In this document: positions 18,154-27,566 of the stretch, piece after piece
Layout: each line of letters opens with the position of its first letter
Numbering within the stretch: position 1 is the first letter of the stretch
DNA from: Alphaproteobacteria bacterium
GTDB lineage: Bacteria; Pseudomonadota; Alphaproteobacteria; JAAXGF01
Reading direction: 5' to 3'
Assembly (NCBI GenBank): GCA_963555825.3
Contig: CAUVXB020000002.1
Location: 768,001-832,000, forward strand
DNA length: 64,000 nt
Position numbers and translations under genes: made by a program
Notes under the pieces: generated by a model
Told to the model about the DNA's origin: nothing
The model's input: only the letters and a program-made list of their open reading frames with translations
Database searches by the model: none

Positions 18154-18816
18154 TCACTTCTTGACCCGCTTGTGTCGCCACCAGGCGTCTTCGTTGAGCG
18201 AGTACATTACCCTGTAGTGGGCGATCTTCTTGTCCTCTTTGACGACCGGAATCTGGTTGTCAAGGATGTAGGTCTTGCCGTCCATGAACACCGCGAGGAT
18301 AGCGTGGCCGAGCTTGAGATTGAGGTCCTTGACCACGACGACGCGCAGTTGCTCAGCCGGGAAGCCCAGTTCACGCAGCGTCATGTACTTGGTGATCGCG
18401 TAGTCCTCGCAGTCGCCGCGCCTGTTGAAGAACTGGTCGGGCGCTTCCCAGTAGTCCTTCTTATTCCAGTTGATCGGGTCCTTGATGTAGCGGCGGTTGG
18501 GTGGGTTGAGGAACTTGTGGACCTCGACGAGCAGATCGTAGTCGTGCGGCTTCGAGCGCAGGCTGTCGATGAAGTTGCGCCATTCGAGGTACAGGCATTG
18601 CTTGGACTCAGTCACGGTACACGGCCCTTCGTACTTCGCCCTCTTGGCGTCGTAGCGCGAGATCGCAGCGATCCAATGCTTGAACCTGTCGATGGTCGTT
18701 CTCTCGTCCTCGGTGGTGTTGAAGAAGCTCTCGGTCGCCTGGACCGTGACGGGGAGCGACACCAGCGCAGCCACCATTGAGATCGTGAGAACAATCCGGC
18801 GAAACATGTTTGCCAT
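18154..18816 (-). CDS. Transglutaminase-like cysteine peptidase (BTLCP/LapG-like, C93), secreted
   Basis: Signal peptide; GDCEDYAITKY, HAILAV and ILDN supply the Cys-His-Asp triad. Confidence 0.92.
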   Translation of the reverse strand: MANMFRRIVLTISMVAALVSLPVTVQATESFFNTTEDERTTIDRFKHWIAAISRYDAKRAKYEGPCTVTESKQCLYLEWRNFIDSLRSKPHDYDLLVEVHKFLNPPNRRYIKDPINWNKKDYWEAPDQFFNRRGDCEDYAITKYMTLRELGFPAEQLRVVVVKDLNLKLGHAILAVFMDGKTYILDNQIPVVKEDKKIAHYRVMYSLNEDAWWRHKRVKK

Positions 18817-18818
18817 CG

Positions 18819-19220
18819 CTACCTGCTGGGAGCCCCATCTCGGGGAACGGGAACGGCGTGGTCTGCCTTTATGATTTCAGGTTCATCCCGCGCCTGTTCG
18901 GCCTCCTCCAGCCTCTCCTTGACGAAGTCGATAATTTGCTCCAGCCCGAAGGCCTTCATGTAGTGGTCCATGGCGGCTTCGTTCTTGCCGAAACTACGGT
19001 AGCATTCGGCCAGATAGAATTGCACCCACGGGTCGGGCTCCTGCTCAAGGACCTTCTCAATCGGCTCGAAGAAAGCTTCGTCGAAAGTTTCATGACAGAG
19101 CGTGGACACCCGCTTGGAGGATTCATGGGGTGCTTCTTCTTGAGCTTGGACCGGCACCGCGCCGAACAACGCCACCAATACCATGGCGATGAGAGCCGAG
19201 CGCGTATGGCTATGAAACAT
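18819..19220 (-). CDS. Secreted TPR-like protein
   Basis: Signal peptide ending VQA; FYLAECYRSFGKNEAAMDHYMKA is TPR-like; start uncertain. Confidence 0.65.
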   Translation of the reverse strand: MFHSHTRSALIAMVLVALFGAVPVQAQEEAPHESSKRVSTLCHETFDEAFFEPIEKVLEQEPDPWVQFYLAECYRSFGKNEAAMDHYMKAFGLEQIIDFVKERLEEAEQARDEPEIIKADHAVPVPRDGAPSR

Positions 19221-19534
19221 AGTCGTCACGATTAGTCGGTGAAATTCAACGTGGTCCATGTGGACGTGCCATCGTTCTCGGGCCATCGTCAGTAGATGCA
19301 ACAGAATTGAGGCGAATCGATGACCCGGCGCATGGTCCGAGGTCATCCCGAATATGCGGTGCCGAGGCGACTGATGGGTCGATCCGATAGCCCGTCATCG
19401 AATTGCCCCAATCCTGGTGCATGTATCCGCGATGATCGTGAAACCGATGGCACTGGCCGCCGCCGCGCTGGCAGTCCTGGCGCTCGTCTTTTCGATCGCC
19501 CCCGCAACCGCCGCGCACGATGCCCAGGTTGCTA

Positions 19535-20713
19535 GTGTCCTGATCGATAAATTGATATGATTATGTCTCTATTTGTTTTTAGGAGGCGCGATTGATGGCG
19601 AGAGTGGCGGTGACGATCTCTTTGAGCGATGACGAGCGCGCCGAATTGGAGGCGCTGTCTCGTCGTCGCAAGACGTCGCAGGGGCTTGCGCGGCGGGCTC
19701 GGATCGTCTTGGCGGCGGCGGAAGGGTTGGAGAACAAGGAGATCGCCGTTCGTCTCGAGGCGAGCGCGGACACCGTGGGCAAGTGGCGTCGCCGCTATGC
19801 GGCGGAGGGCCTCGACGGTCTGTACGACGAACCCCGCCCCGGCGCGCCGCGTCAAATCGGCGATGACGCCATCGCGGAAGCGGTCCGGCTGACGCTGGAA
19901 GAGACGCCGCCGGACGCGACCCATTGGAGCCTTCGCTCGATGGCGCGGGCGAGCGGCCACGCGCCCTCGACCATTCATCGCATCTGGCGGGCCTTCGGCT
20001 TGCAGCCGCATCGCTCGGAGACCTTCAAGCTGTCGAGCGATCCCTTCTTCGTGGAGAAGGTCCGCGACATCGTCGGTCTGTATTTGGCGCCGCCGGATCG
20101 TGCCCTGGTTCTCTGTGTCGACGAAAAGAGCCAGATCCAGGCCCTGGACCGTTCCCAGCCCCTCTTGCCGATGCGCCCCGGGCAGGCGGAGCGGCGCAGC
20201 CACGACTACAAGCGCCACGGCACGACCTCTCTCTTCGCGGCCCTCGACATCGCCACGGGAGAGATCATCGGCAAATGTTTCCCGCGCCATCGGGCCCGAG
20301 AGTTCCGCAAATTCCTCGACCTCGTCGAGGCGAACGTCCCTGCTGATCTCGACATCCACATCGTCATGGACAACTACGGGACCCACAAGACCAAGGCGAT
20401 CCGCGACTGGTTCGCCAAACGGCCGCGCTGGCAGGCCCATTTCACACCCACCAGCGCCTCCTGGCTGAACCAGGTCGAGCGCTGGTTCGGGCTGCTGACC
20501 GACAAGCAGATCAGGCGCGGCGTCCATCGCTCCACCAAGGAGTTGAAGCGCACCATCCTCGACTACATCGACACGACAAACCAGAACCCCAAACCCTTCA
20601 AATGGACCAAATCCGCCGATGACATCCTCGGCGCCATCCAGCGCTTCTGCCTCCGAACAATCGAAATCGCTGAACAGCAGGCGAAAATCATGCGAACTTC
20701 GGAATCGGGACAC
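19535..20713 (+). mobile_element. IS630-family insertion sequence
   Basis: TA duplication at 19533-34 and 20714-15; ends GTGTCCTGAT and GTGTCCCGAT (reverse complement). Confidence 0.92.
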
Positions 20714-20716
20714 TAG
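19595..20716 (+). CDS. IS630 transposase
   Basis: [20 protein letters not shown] and [10 protein letters not shown]; the stop codon uses the target TA. Confidence 0.95.
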   Translation: MARVAVTISLSDDERAELEALSRRRKTSQGLARRARIVLAAAEGLENKEIAVRLEASADTVGKWRRRYAAEGLDGLYDEPRPGAPRQIGDDAIAEAVRLTLEETPPDATHWSLRSMARASGHAPSTIHRIWRAFGLQPHRSETFKLSSDPFFVEKVRDIVGLYLAPPDRALVLCVDEKSQIQALDRSQPLLPMRPGQAERRSHDYKRHGTTSLFAALDIATGEIIGKCFPRHRAREFRKFLDLVEANVPADLDIHIVMDNYGTHKTKAIRDWFAKRPRWQAHFTPTSASWLNQVERWFGLLTDKQIRRGVHRSTKELKRTILDYIDTTNQNPKPFKWTKSADDILGAIQRFCLRTIEIAEQQAKIMRTSESGH

Positions 20717-21882
20717 GTTTAACCACTGGGACCTCCGGGCGGTCACCGCGTATAAGCCGGACGCATTCAATACGAGCGAAGGCTCGTGGGTGGTAGACAA
20801 GCAACGGCAGTTCGGCGACGTCACCGTTACGGTCCTCGACTATTCCGACGGCATGTGGCGGTCGCGGTTCGTCGTCGAGCGCGGCGGCGAGACCCTGGCC
20901 GACTGGATTTCCGCGACGTGGTCCATAAGAGGCACGACCCGCGATCTGAACGGCGACGGCCTGCCCGACGTGGTGGTCGAGAGCTACAGCGGTGGGGCGC
21001 ATTGCTGTACCAGCGTGCATGTGTTCGACCCCGCCAACGGGTTCCACCACCTGTTCAGCTTCACGCTCGGGAATACCGGGTTCGTGTTCATCGATCCCGA
21101 CGGCGACGGGCATTGGGAGTTGCTGGTCAGGGACAACATCTTCTCCTATTGGGCGGCGGCGTTTGTTTACACGCCCTTCCCTGCCGCCGTGCTGCGCTAC
21201 CGCGACGAGACCCTGGAGGTGGCCACGGATGTCATGAAAAGACCGCTCGCCGAGTTGCTGGCCGAGTCGAGGTGCGGTGATGCCCCCTGCACGATTGAAC
21301 TCGTCGCCGATGTGTTACGCGATGGGGCCACCTCTACCGAGGACTGGAACGTCTACGAGGACCAGGACTTCCTTGGCCTAATCCTGGATTACATCTACGC
21401 GGGCCAGGCTGGGGCCGCTTGGGAGGTACTAGACAGGGCGTGGCCGCTCGATGAGGCGAGCAAGGTGGTGTTCCGCACGAGCCTGTTGCGGCAGCTACTG
21501 AAAAGCCCCTACTGGGGCGCGCTGGTGGAAATGAACGGAGCGGTGCTTACGTCGCCGGAGTAGGGACGTGATCCGGCGCTCGACTGCCGTGTGGCAGGGC
21601 GAAGCGCAGGCTCGTCGCATAGCCCGCCAACAACCGGTGTTCAATGGCCCCAGGATCGCGCCACAGAGGCGAGATCTGGTCATGGCCTTGGGGGCTCACC
21701 GCGTAGCAAACGTCTCTCCCCGCGGCGCGAACGCCGTGGCCATGATCGTGGGCCCGGTAACGCGACGGCCACCACGGAACAACGCGAGGCGCCGTCAGTC
21801 CCGATACGGCTTACGGCTGCGGTAGAGATCGAGACAGCCGGCGGGGCCTATGCCCCCGGTGCCGGGTTCGGCGGCCGATCGG

Positions 21883-22131
21883 CTAGGTCTCCCGTCGGAT
21901 CAGCGAGGCCTCGATCTCGCGCAGATACTCGCGCAGCTTCAAGCCGACGTAGAGAATCCCATAGAGAGGCAGGCCGACGAAGTACGCGTACCACATCGCG
22001 ACCCAGGCATCCTCGTTCGGCTCTCCCAAGAGGATGACGAGCATGAAGAAAACGAACACAGCGAAACTCACCGCGATGCCGGCCACCGACTGGATCTTGA
22101 GCCAGTGGGTCAGGCGTGTAGATGTCAGCAT
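21883..22131 (-). CDS. Small membrane protein (two hydrophobic segments)
   Basis: AAGGGGG RBS, ATG 22131, two hydrophobic stretches. Confidence 0.6.
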   Translation of the reverse strand: MLTSTRLTHWLKIQSVAGIAVSFAVFVFFMLVILLGEPNEDAWVAMWYAYFVGLPLYGILYVGLKLREYLREIEASLIRRET

Positions 22132-22271
22132 TTTTCGATCCCCCTTAGATGTCTGAGAACGGCAGAGCAATAATCCCCCACTGAAGCGGCCGGTCGATCC
22201 GGCTGCGGCGGACCAAAATGGGACCGCGTATAGCCTTCTGTCAGGGTTGCTCTGACTGGAAGGCGGGGGGG

Positions 22272-23771
22272 ATGTATCGGGTGGAGTTGTACGCACGGGT
22301 TCGGCGGGCGTGTCATGTCGAGGGGATGAGCACCCGCGAGGCCTCGCGGGTGTTTGGTGTAGACCGCAAGACGGTCCGTAAGATGCTGTCGTTCTCGGTG
22401 CCGCCAGGGTATCGCCGAAGCGCGCCGCCGAGGCGGCCAAAGCTGGGTCCGTTCACGGGAATCATCGATCGGATCTTGGAAGACGATCGGACCAGCCACC
22501 GCAAGCAACGGCACACTGCGAAGCGCATCTTCGACCGCCTCCGGGACGAGTACGGTTTCACGGGCGGCTACACCATCGTGAAGGACTACGTTCGTGAGCA
22601 GGGGCTTCGGTCGCGTGAGGTGTTCGTGCCACTCTCCCATTCCCCCGGTCACGCCCAGGCGGACTTCGGCGAAGCGATGGCGGTGATCGGCGGCGCGTTA
22701 CGGAAGATCCACTTCCTTGCCTTCGACCTTCCCCACAGTGATGGTTGCTTTGTTGCGGCCTATCCGGCGGAGACGACCGAAGCATTCTGCGATGGCCACA
22801 ACGCGGCGTTTGCCTTCTTCGGCGGCGTCCCCCGATCCATCCTGTACGACAACACCAAGCTGGCGGTTGCCCGGATCCTGGGCGATGGGAAGCGGCAGCG
22901 AACGCGCGTCTTCACGGAGCTTCAGTCCCACTATCTGTTCGAGGACAGGTTCGGCCGGCCGGGCAAGGGCAACGACAAGGGCAAGGTCGAGGGACTGGTC
23001 GGCTTCATCCGGCGGAACTTCCTGGTCCCCGTCCCGCGTGCCGAGAGCTTCGCGGCCCTCAACGATGCTCTCGCCGAACAGTGCCGCCGGCGCCAGGCGG
23101 CGCGGCTGCGGGGCCACAAGGAGACCATCGGCGAGCGTCTCGAGCGGGATCGTCAAGTTCTCTTGCCATTGCCGCCTGCTCCCTATGATGCCTGCGATAA
23201 GCGCCCTGGACGGGCGAGTTCGCTGTCGCTGGTGCGTTACCGCAGCAACGACTATTCCGTGCCCGTGGCCTACGGCCACCGTGAGGTGCTCATCCGGGGC
23301 TACGTCGATGAGGTGGTGATCAGCTGCGGGGCCGAGGTGATCGCCCGGCACCGCCGGTCCTACGACAGCGAGGACCTGATCTTCGACCCGCTGCATTACC
23401 TGCCCTTGATCGAGCAGAAGATCGGCGCCCTCGACCAGGCCGCGCCATTGGCGGGCTGGGACCTGCCCGAGGCCTTCATCACTCTGCGGCGGCTCCTCGA
23501 AGCTCGTATGGGCAAGGCAGGCAAGCGCGAGTACGTCCAGGTGCTCCGTCTACTGGAGACCTTCCGGCTCGAGGAGGTCGAGGGTGCGGTCGGCGACGCC
23601 CTGCGGCTCGGCGCAATCGGCTTTGATGCGGTGAAGCACCTGGTACTGTGCCGCATCGAGCGGCGGCCGCCCAGGCTCAACCTCGACGTCTATCCGTATC
23701 TGCCGCGCGCCCGGGTCGCGATGACGTCCGCCAAGTCGTACATGAGCCTGCTGTCGGGGCTCGGCGCATGA
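22272..23771 (+). CDS. istA: IS21 transposase IstA
   Basis: AQADFG, LYDNTK and KGKVEGLV DDE motifs. Confidence 0.95.
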   Translation: MYRVELYARVRRACHVEGMSTREASRVFGVDRKTVRKMLSFSVPPGYRRSAPPRRPKLGPFTGIIDRILEDDRTSHRKQRHTAKRIFDRLRDEYGFTGGYTIVKDYVREQGLRSREVFVPLSHSPGHAQADFGEAMAVIGGALRKIHFLAFDLPHSDGCFVAAYPAETTEAFCDGHNAAFAFFGGVPRSILYDNTKLAVARILGDGKRQRTRVFTELQSHYLFEDRFGRPGKGNDKGKVEGLVGFIRRNFLVPVPRAESFAALNDALAEQCRRRQAARLRGHKETIGERLERDRQVLLPLPPAPYDACDKRPGRASSLSLVRYRSNDYSVPVAYGHREVLIRGYVDEVVISCGAEVIARHRRSYDSEDLIFDPLHYLPLIEQKIGALDQAAPLAGWDLPEAFITLRRLLEARMGKAGKREYVQVLRLLETFRLEEVEGAVGDALRLGAIGFDAVKHLVLCRIERRPPRLNLDVYPYLPRARVAMTSAKSYMSLLSGLGA

Positions 23772-24532
23772 CCGACACACCGCAAGTGCTGCTCGCCCAC
23801 CACCTCAAGACGCTGAAGCTGCCGACCTTCCTGCGCGAGTACGACAAGATCGCCCGGCAGTGCGCCTCGGAAGGCGTCGATCACGTCCGCTACCTGTTGA
23901 GACTCGCCGAGCTCGAGCTGATCGACCGCGAGCGCCGCATGGTCGAGCGGCGCATCAAGGCGGCGCGCTTCCCCGTGGTCAAGAGCCTCGACAGCTTCGA
24001 CTTCAAGGTCATCCCCTCGCTCAACAAGGCGCTGGTCCTGGAGCTGGCCCGCTGCGAGTACATCGAGCGCCGCGAGAACCTCATCGCGCTCGGCAACAGT
24101 GGGACCGGCAAGACCCACATCGCCCTCGGTCTCGGCCTGGCGGCCTGCCAGAAGGGCCTCTCGGTCGGCTTCATCACCGCCGCCGCGCTGGTCCACGAAC
24201 TCATCGAGGCCCGCGATGACAAGCAGCTGCTGAGGTTCCAGAAGAAGCTCGCCACCTACAAGCTTCTGATCGTCGACGAACTCGGCTTCGTGCCGCTGTC
24301 GAAGACCGGCGCCGAGCTGTTGTTCGAGGTGTTCAGCCAACGCTACGAGCGGGGCTCGACCCTGGTCACCACCAATCTGCCCTTCGACGAATGGACCGAG
24401 GTGTTCGGCTCCGAGCGCCTCACCGGCGCGCTCCTCGATCGCCTCACCCACCACGTCAACATCCTCGAGATGAACGGTGACAGCTACAGGCTCAACCAGA
24501 GCCGCAGGCGTCAAACCCCGACTGCTAACTGA
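23768..24532 (+). CDS. istB: IS21 helper ATPase IstB
   Basis: GNSGTGKT, LLIVDELG and ALLDRLTHH. Confidence 0.95.
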   Translation: MTDTPQVLLAHHLKTLKLPTFLREYDKIARQCASEGVDHVRYLLRLAELELIDRERRMVERRIKAARFPVVKSLDSFDFKVIPSLNKALVLELARCEYIERRENLIALGNSGTGKTHIALGLGLAACQKGLSVGFITAAALVHELIEARDDKQLLRFQKKLATYKLLIVDELGFVPLSKTGAELLFEVFSQRYERGSTLVTTNLPFDEWTEVFGSERLTGALLDRLTHHVNILEMNGDSYRLNQSRRRQTPTAN

Positions 24533-24929
24533 ACCGACCACCCAGCCCACGCTTGACCCCGTGGGCCCACAGGTCCCTCCCGCGCGCGCCGCCGCGTCAG
24601 CCTGTTGAGGGCACGCCGCGTCGCGCGCGGGGCCCTCCCGTGGACTACGGGGACAAGCCCGCAGCCGCCAAGCGGTCCCTTCTTACACCGCCGAGGTGGT
24701 CCCTTTTTGCTCCGCCATTGACAGATGTCTCCGCTGGCTCCATGTCCCAGCTGTGAGGCGCCTTCGACTCGGCGCACAGCCTACGGTATGCGTAACGATA
24801 ACACGGAGTGGTTGGGCGACGGTCGTCGCGGGCGCCGAGATTGCCGTCCGCGCCACTACACTATCGAAGATTCGGAATTCGAGACGCGTTGCGCTACTAT
24901 GTCGGGCGACTGAAGTGGGGGCTCGGGCG

Positions 24930-25181
24930 GTGCGCGTGGTTCACGACGTCAAGATTCGACTGTCGGCTTGGTTCGATCAAGCCGTTGCCTGCCTGCGATC
25001 GTGTTCCGGGGCGACGGCGATCGAGTACGCTATCATCGCTGCATCGGTCGCCGTGGCGATCATCCTGGCGCTGAATTATCTCGGCGTCTCGCTCTCGGAT
25101 GTGTTTGAAGAAATAACGGCGGCATTCGATCCAGAACGCCGCTGTGTCGTGGTCGGATCGAACTGCGACAAGAACGACTAG
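24930..25181 (+). CDS. Flp-family type IVb pilin-like protein
   Basis: G|ATAIEYAII prepilin motif followed by a hydrophobic helix; start uncertain. Confidence 0.75.
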   Translation: MRVVHDVKIRLSAWFDQAVACLRSCSGATAIEYAIIAASVAVAIILALNYLGVSLSDVFEEITAAFDPERRCVVVGSNCDKND

Positions 25182-25267
25182 ATTCAGCGACCACCGACGA
25201 TCGATCAATTACGCTCTTTCGATTTTTGATTCCCGTGCCGGGCCACCACACGTATCCATTTCGGGTC

Positions 25268-26515
25268 TCATGTGGCGGTCAGGTAGTCGTACGCCGACAG
25301 CACGTGGGTGCGGACGATGTGTAGGAAGTCTTCGATATCGACGTACTCGTCCCACGAGCCCATGCCGGTCGGAAAGGGGCCGTAGACGTAGGCCGGCACG
25401 TCGCGGTATCGCCACAGCCGCGTGTCGGTGCCGCCCAGGCTGACCACCGGGTCGGGCTCGTGGCCCCGGAGCTGCTTCACGTTGGCGCGCAGAATGTCGA
25501 CCATCTCGCCCTCGGGGTCGCACCAGCTCGGCGCCTGGAAGTTGATCTCTTCCATCTCGGCTTGCGGGTAGCGCGCGACGATTTCCTCCAACGCCGCCAT
25601 CACGCGGTCCTTCTCGAGGCCGACCGGAAAGCGCACGTCGGCCTCGATGACGCATTCACTGGGGATCATGTTGACTTTGAGGCCGCCCCGGATGACGCCC
25701 AGATTGACCGTGACCTTCTGGATGATCTCCGAAGCGCCCTCGCCTTGCGCCCTTTCGAGCGTCGCGGCGTTGCGCTCCAGTACGGCGCCGACGTTGCCCG
25801 GCGGCGGCGTATCGATGTCCTCCAAGGTCTCCAGTTCGGCGGCGAGCCCGACGGCGATCTTGGTCGCGCTCTCCGTGGAATGGGTGTAGGCGCCGTGGCC
25901 GCCGCGCGTGCGCACCGTGAATTTGAGCCACAGCGGGCCCTTCTCGCCGAAGCGGATCGAGTAGGGGCTCGACGGCTCGCCGTTCAGGCAGCAGTCGCCG
26001 TGGACCTCGGGGTGATTCTCCATCAGATAGCGCGCGCCGTAGGGCCCGAAGGTCTCCTCGTCGGACACCGCGGTCAGCGTCAGCCGGCCGTTGAGCCGGT
26101 CGCGGATGCGGTTGAGGTAGACGAAGGTGAAGATCGACGCCGAGGTGCCGCATTTCATGTCCGCCGAGCCGCGCCCCCAGACCTTGCCGTCGGCCACCGC
26201 GCCCGACCACGGGGGTTGCGTCCACGGATCGGCCTCGTTGACCGGAAAGCAGTCGATGTGTCCGTTGAGCACCAAGTGCTTACCCGCGCCTGCGCCCTCG
26301 AAGCTGCCGACCACGTTGGCCATCTCGGGGTGCGCGACGATCAATCGATACGGCGCGTCCTCGGCGTCGAGGAAGTCTGTGATATGGGCGACCGCCTCGC
26401 GGGTGTCGCCCGGCGGGTTGGGGCTCGCCGCCGCGACGAAGCCCGAGAAGAAATCGATCAGCTTGCCGCGGTCCGCCTCGATCCAATCGAGCAGCATCTG
26501 CTTGTCGTCGGACAT
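25268..26515 (-). CDS. M20-family hydrolase (ArgE/DapE-like)
   Basis: LNGHID, GRGSADMK, SDEE, GEP and GGTD. Confidence 0.9.
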   Translation of the reverse strand: MSDDKQMLLDWIEADRGKLIDFFSGFVAAASPNPPGDTREAVAHITDFLDAEDAPYRLIVAHPEMANVVGSFEGAGAGKHLVLNGHIDCFPVNEADPWTQPPWSGAVADGKVWGRGSADMKCGTSASIFTFVYLNRIRDRLNGRLTLTAVSDEETFGPYGARYLMENHPEVHGDCCLNGEPSSPYSIRFGEKGPLWLKFTVRTRGGHGAYTHSTESATKIAVGLAAELETLEDIDTPPPGNVGAVLERNAATLERAQGEGASEIIQKVTVNLGVIRGGLKVNMIPSECVIEADVRFPVGLEKDRVMAALEEIVARYPQAEMEEINFQAPSWCDPEGEMVDILRANVKQLRGHEPDPVVSLGGTDTRLWRYRDVPAYVYGPFPTGMGSWDEYVDIEDFLHIVRTHVLSAYDYLTAT

Positions 26516-26584
26516 TCGCGCCTCCCTCGTCTGTCGATCCGCCGGTCGCCGCCGAATGTTAGCACGTGACCGCGGCGACATCGC

Positions 26585-26788
26585 CTAACGGCGCGCGGCG
26601 AGCACCATCCAGGCCGCCAGCGCGGCGAGCGCGAGGCCGACCGGTAGCGAGACGATCACCGGGATTTCGGTGCCGCCGATGGTAATCGCGGTGTCAGCGA
26701 CGAGGCGCAGCAGGTGGAGCACAGCGACCGCGCCGAACACCAGTGCCGCGACGTGGAGCGCCCGTTTCTGCATTCGTCTGGCCATCAT
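26585..26788 (-). CDS. Small membrane protein
   Basis: Two hydrophobic helices; VAVLHLLRL; follows the upstream gene by a few bases. Confidence 0.7.
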   Translation of the reverse strand: MMARRMQKRALHVAALVFGAVAVLHLLRLVADTAITIGGTEIPVIVSLPVGLALAALAAWMVLAARR

Positions 26789-26792
26789 GCGC

Positions 26793-27491
26793 CTACTGGA
26801 AGTTCCGATAGATTGCCGCGTACCAGTTGCGGAAGGCGTCGATGCTGCGCGTCGCGGCGTCGATCACGATCGCCTCCTGGGCCGGGCTGGTGGCGTAGCG
26901 CGCGAAGTCGTCGAGCGCGCGGTCGCGGTGCACCAGATCGGCCTCGCCGTGGACGTGGAAGAAGGTCGCGTGTTCCTCGGCGAATTTATACTTGCTGACC
27001 ACCGCGTCGAAGCGCTTCGCGTTGACCGGCGCGAGCTGGTACTCCTGGATCGCGAAGGTCGCGAGACCGGCGAGCCAGCCGTCGGTCAGCGGCGCATTGA
27101 CGTATCGGTCGGTCAGCGCGATCAGCTCGGGCGAGGGCGTGTGCTCGTGGACCTCGGCCTCGGTCAGGCCGAGGCAGGCGATGCCGAAGCGCTTCATCAT
27201 GTCGATGTGGCGCTCGGCGACGACGAGTTCCTTGATGCCGTGCTCTTCGGCCAGGTTGTTGATGATCTTGTCGCGCACGTCGGCGTGCGGGCAGACCGCG
27301 TAGGTCGCCGCGAAGCCGCGCAGGAACTCCCAGTGGTAGTACTCCATGACGAAGCCACGCATGACCGCGATCGGCAGGGTGCCGGCGTACCATTCCTGCA
27401 TCAGCGGGTCCTGGTCGACGCCACGCTCCGCCGAGAGCCGCTCGAAGGCGTCCTTGAAGCGCCGCTTGCGTTGCTCGAAGGCCGTCGTCAT
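26793..27491 (-). CDS. Heme-oxygenase-like (TenA/PqqC/CADD) iron-dependent redox protein
   Basis: NLAEEHG..H, a later E, and FFHVHGEADLVH metal-ligand pattern. Confidence 0.75.
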   Translation of the reverse strand: MTTAFEQRKRRFKDAFERLSAERGVDQDPLMQEWYAGTLPIAVMRGFVMEYYHWEFLRGFAATYAVCPHADVRDKIINNLAEEHGIKELVVAERHIDMMKRFGIACLGLTEAEVHEHTPSPELIALTDRYVNAPLTDGWLAGLATFAIQEYQLAPVNAKRFDAVVSKYKFAEEHATFFHVHGEADLVHRDRALDDFARYATSPAQEAIVIDAATRSIDAFRNWYAAIYRNFQ

Positions 27492-27566
27492 CGCTGGTCC
27501 CCATCGCCGCGTCGGTGATCTGCCCTATGATGCCCGATTGGCGGCGGGTGCCAGCGGTTATGCGTT

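Larger units (their letters stand above)
19432..21563 (+). pseudogene. Secreted protein with DxNGDG-type motifs, interrupted by IS630
   Basis: Signal peptide at 19432-19534 rejoins 20716-21563 in frame (GCT AGG TTT) once the IS and one TA are removed; motifs DLNGDG, YSGGAHCC and DPDGDG. Confidence 0.85.
22154..24723 (+). mobile_element. IS21-family insertion sequence
   Basis: TG...CA ends; imperfect IRs TGAGAACGGCAGAGCAA and TGTCAATGGCGGAGCAA; 6-bp duplication GATGTC at 22148-53 and 24724-29. Confidence 0.92.
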
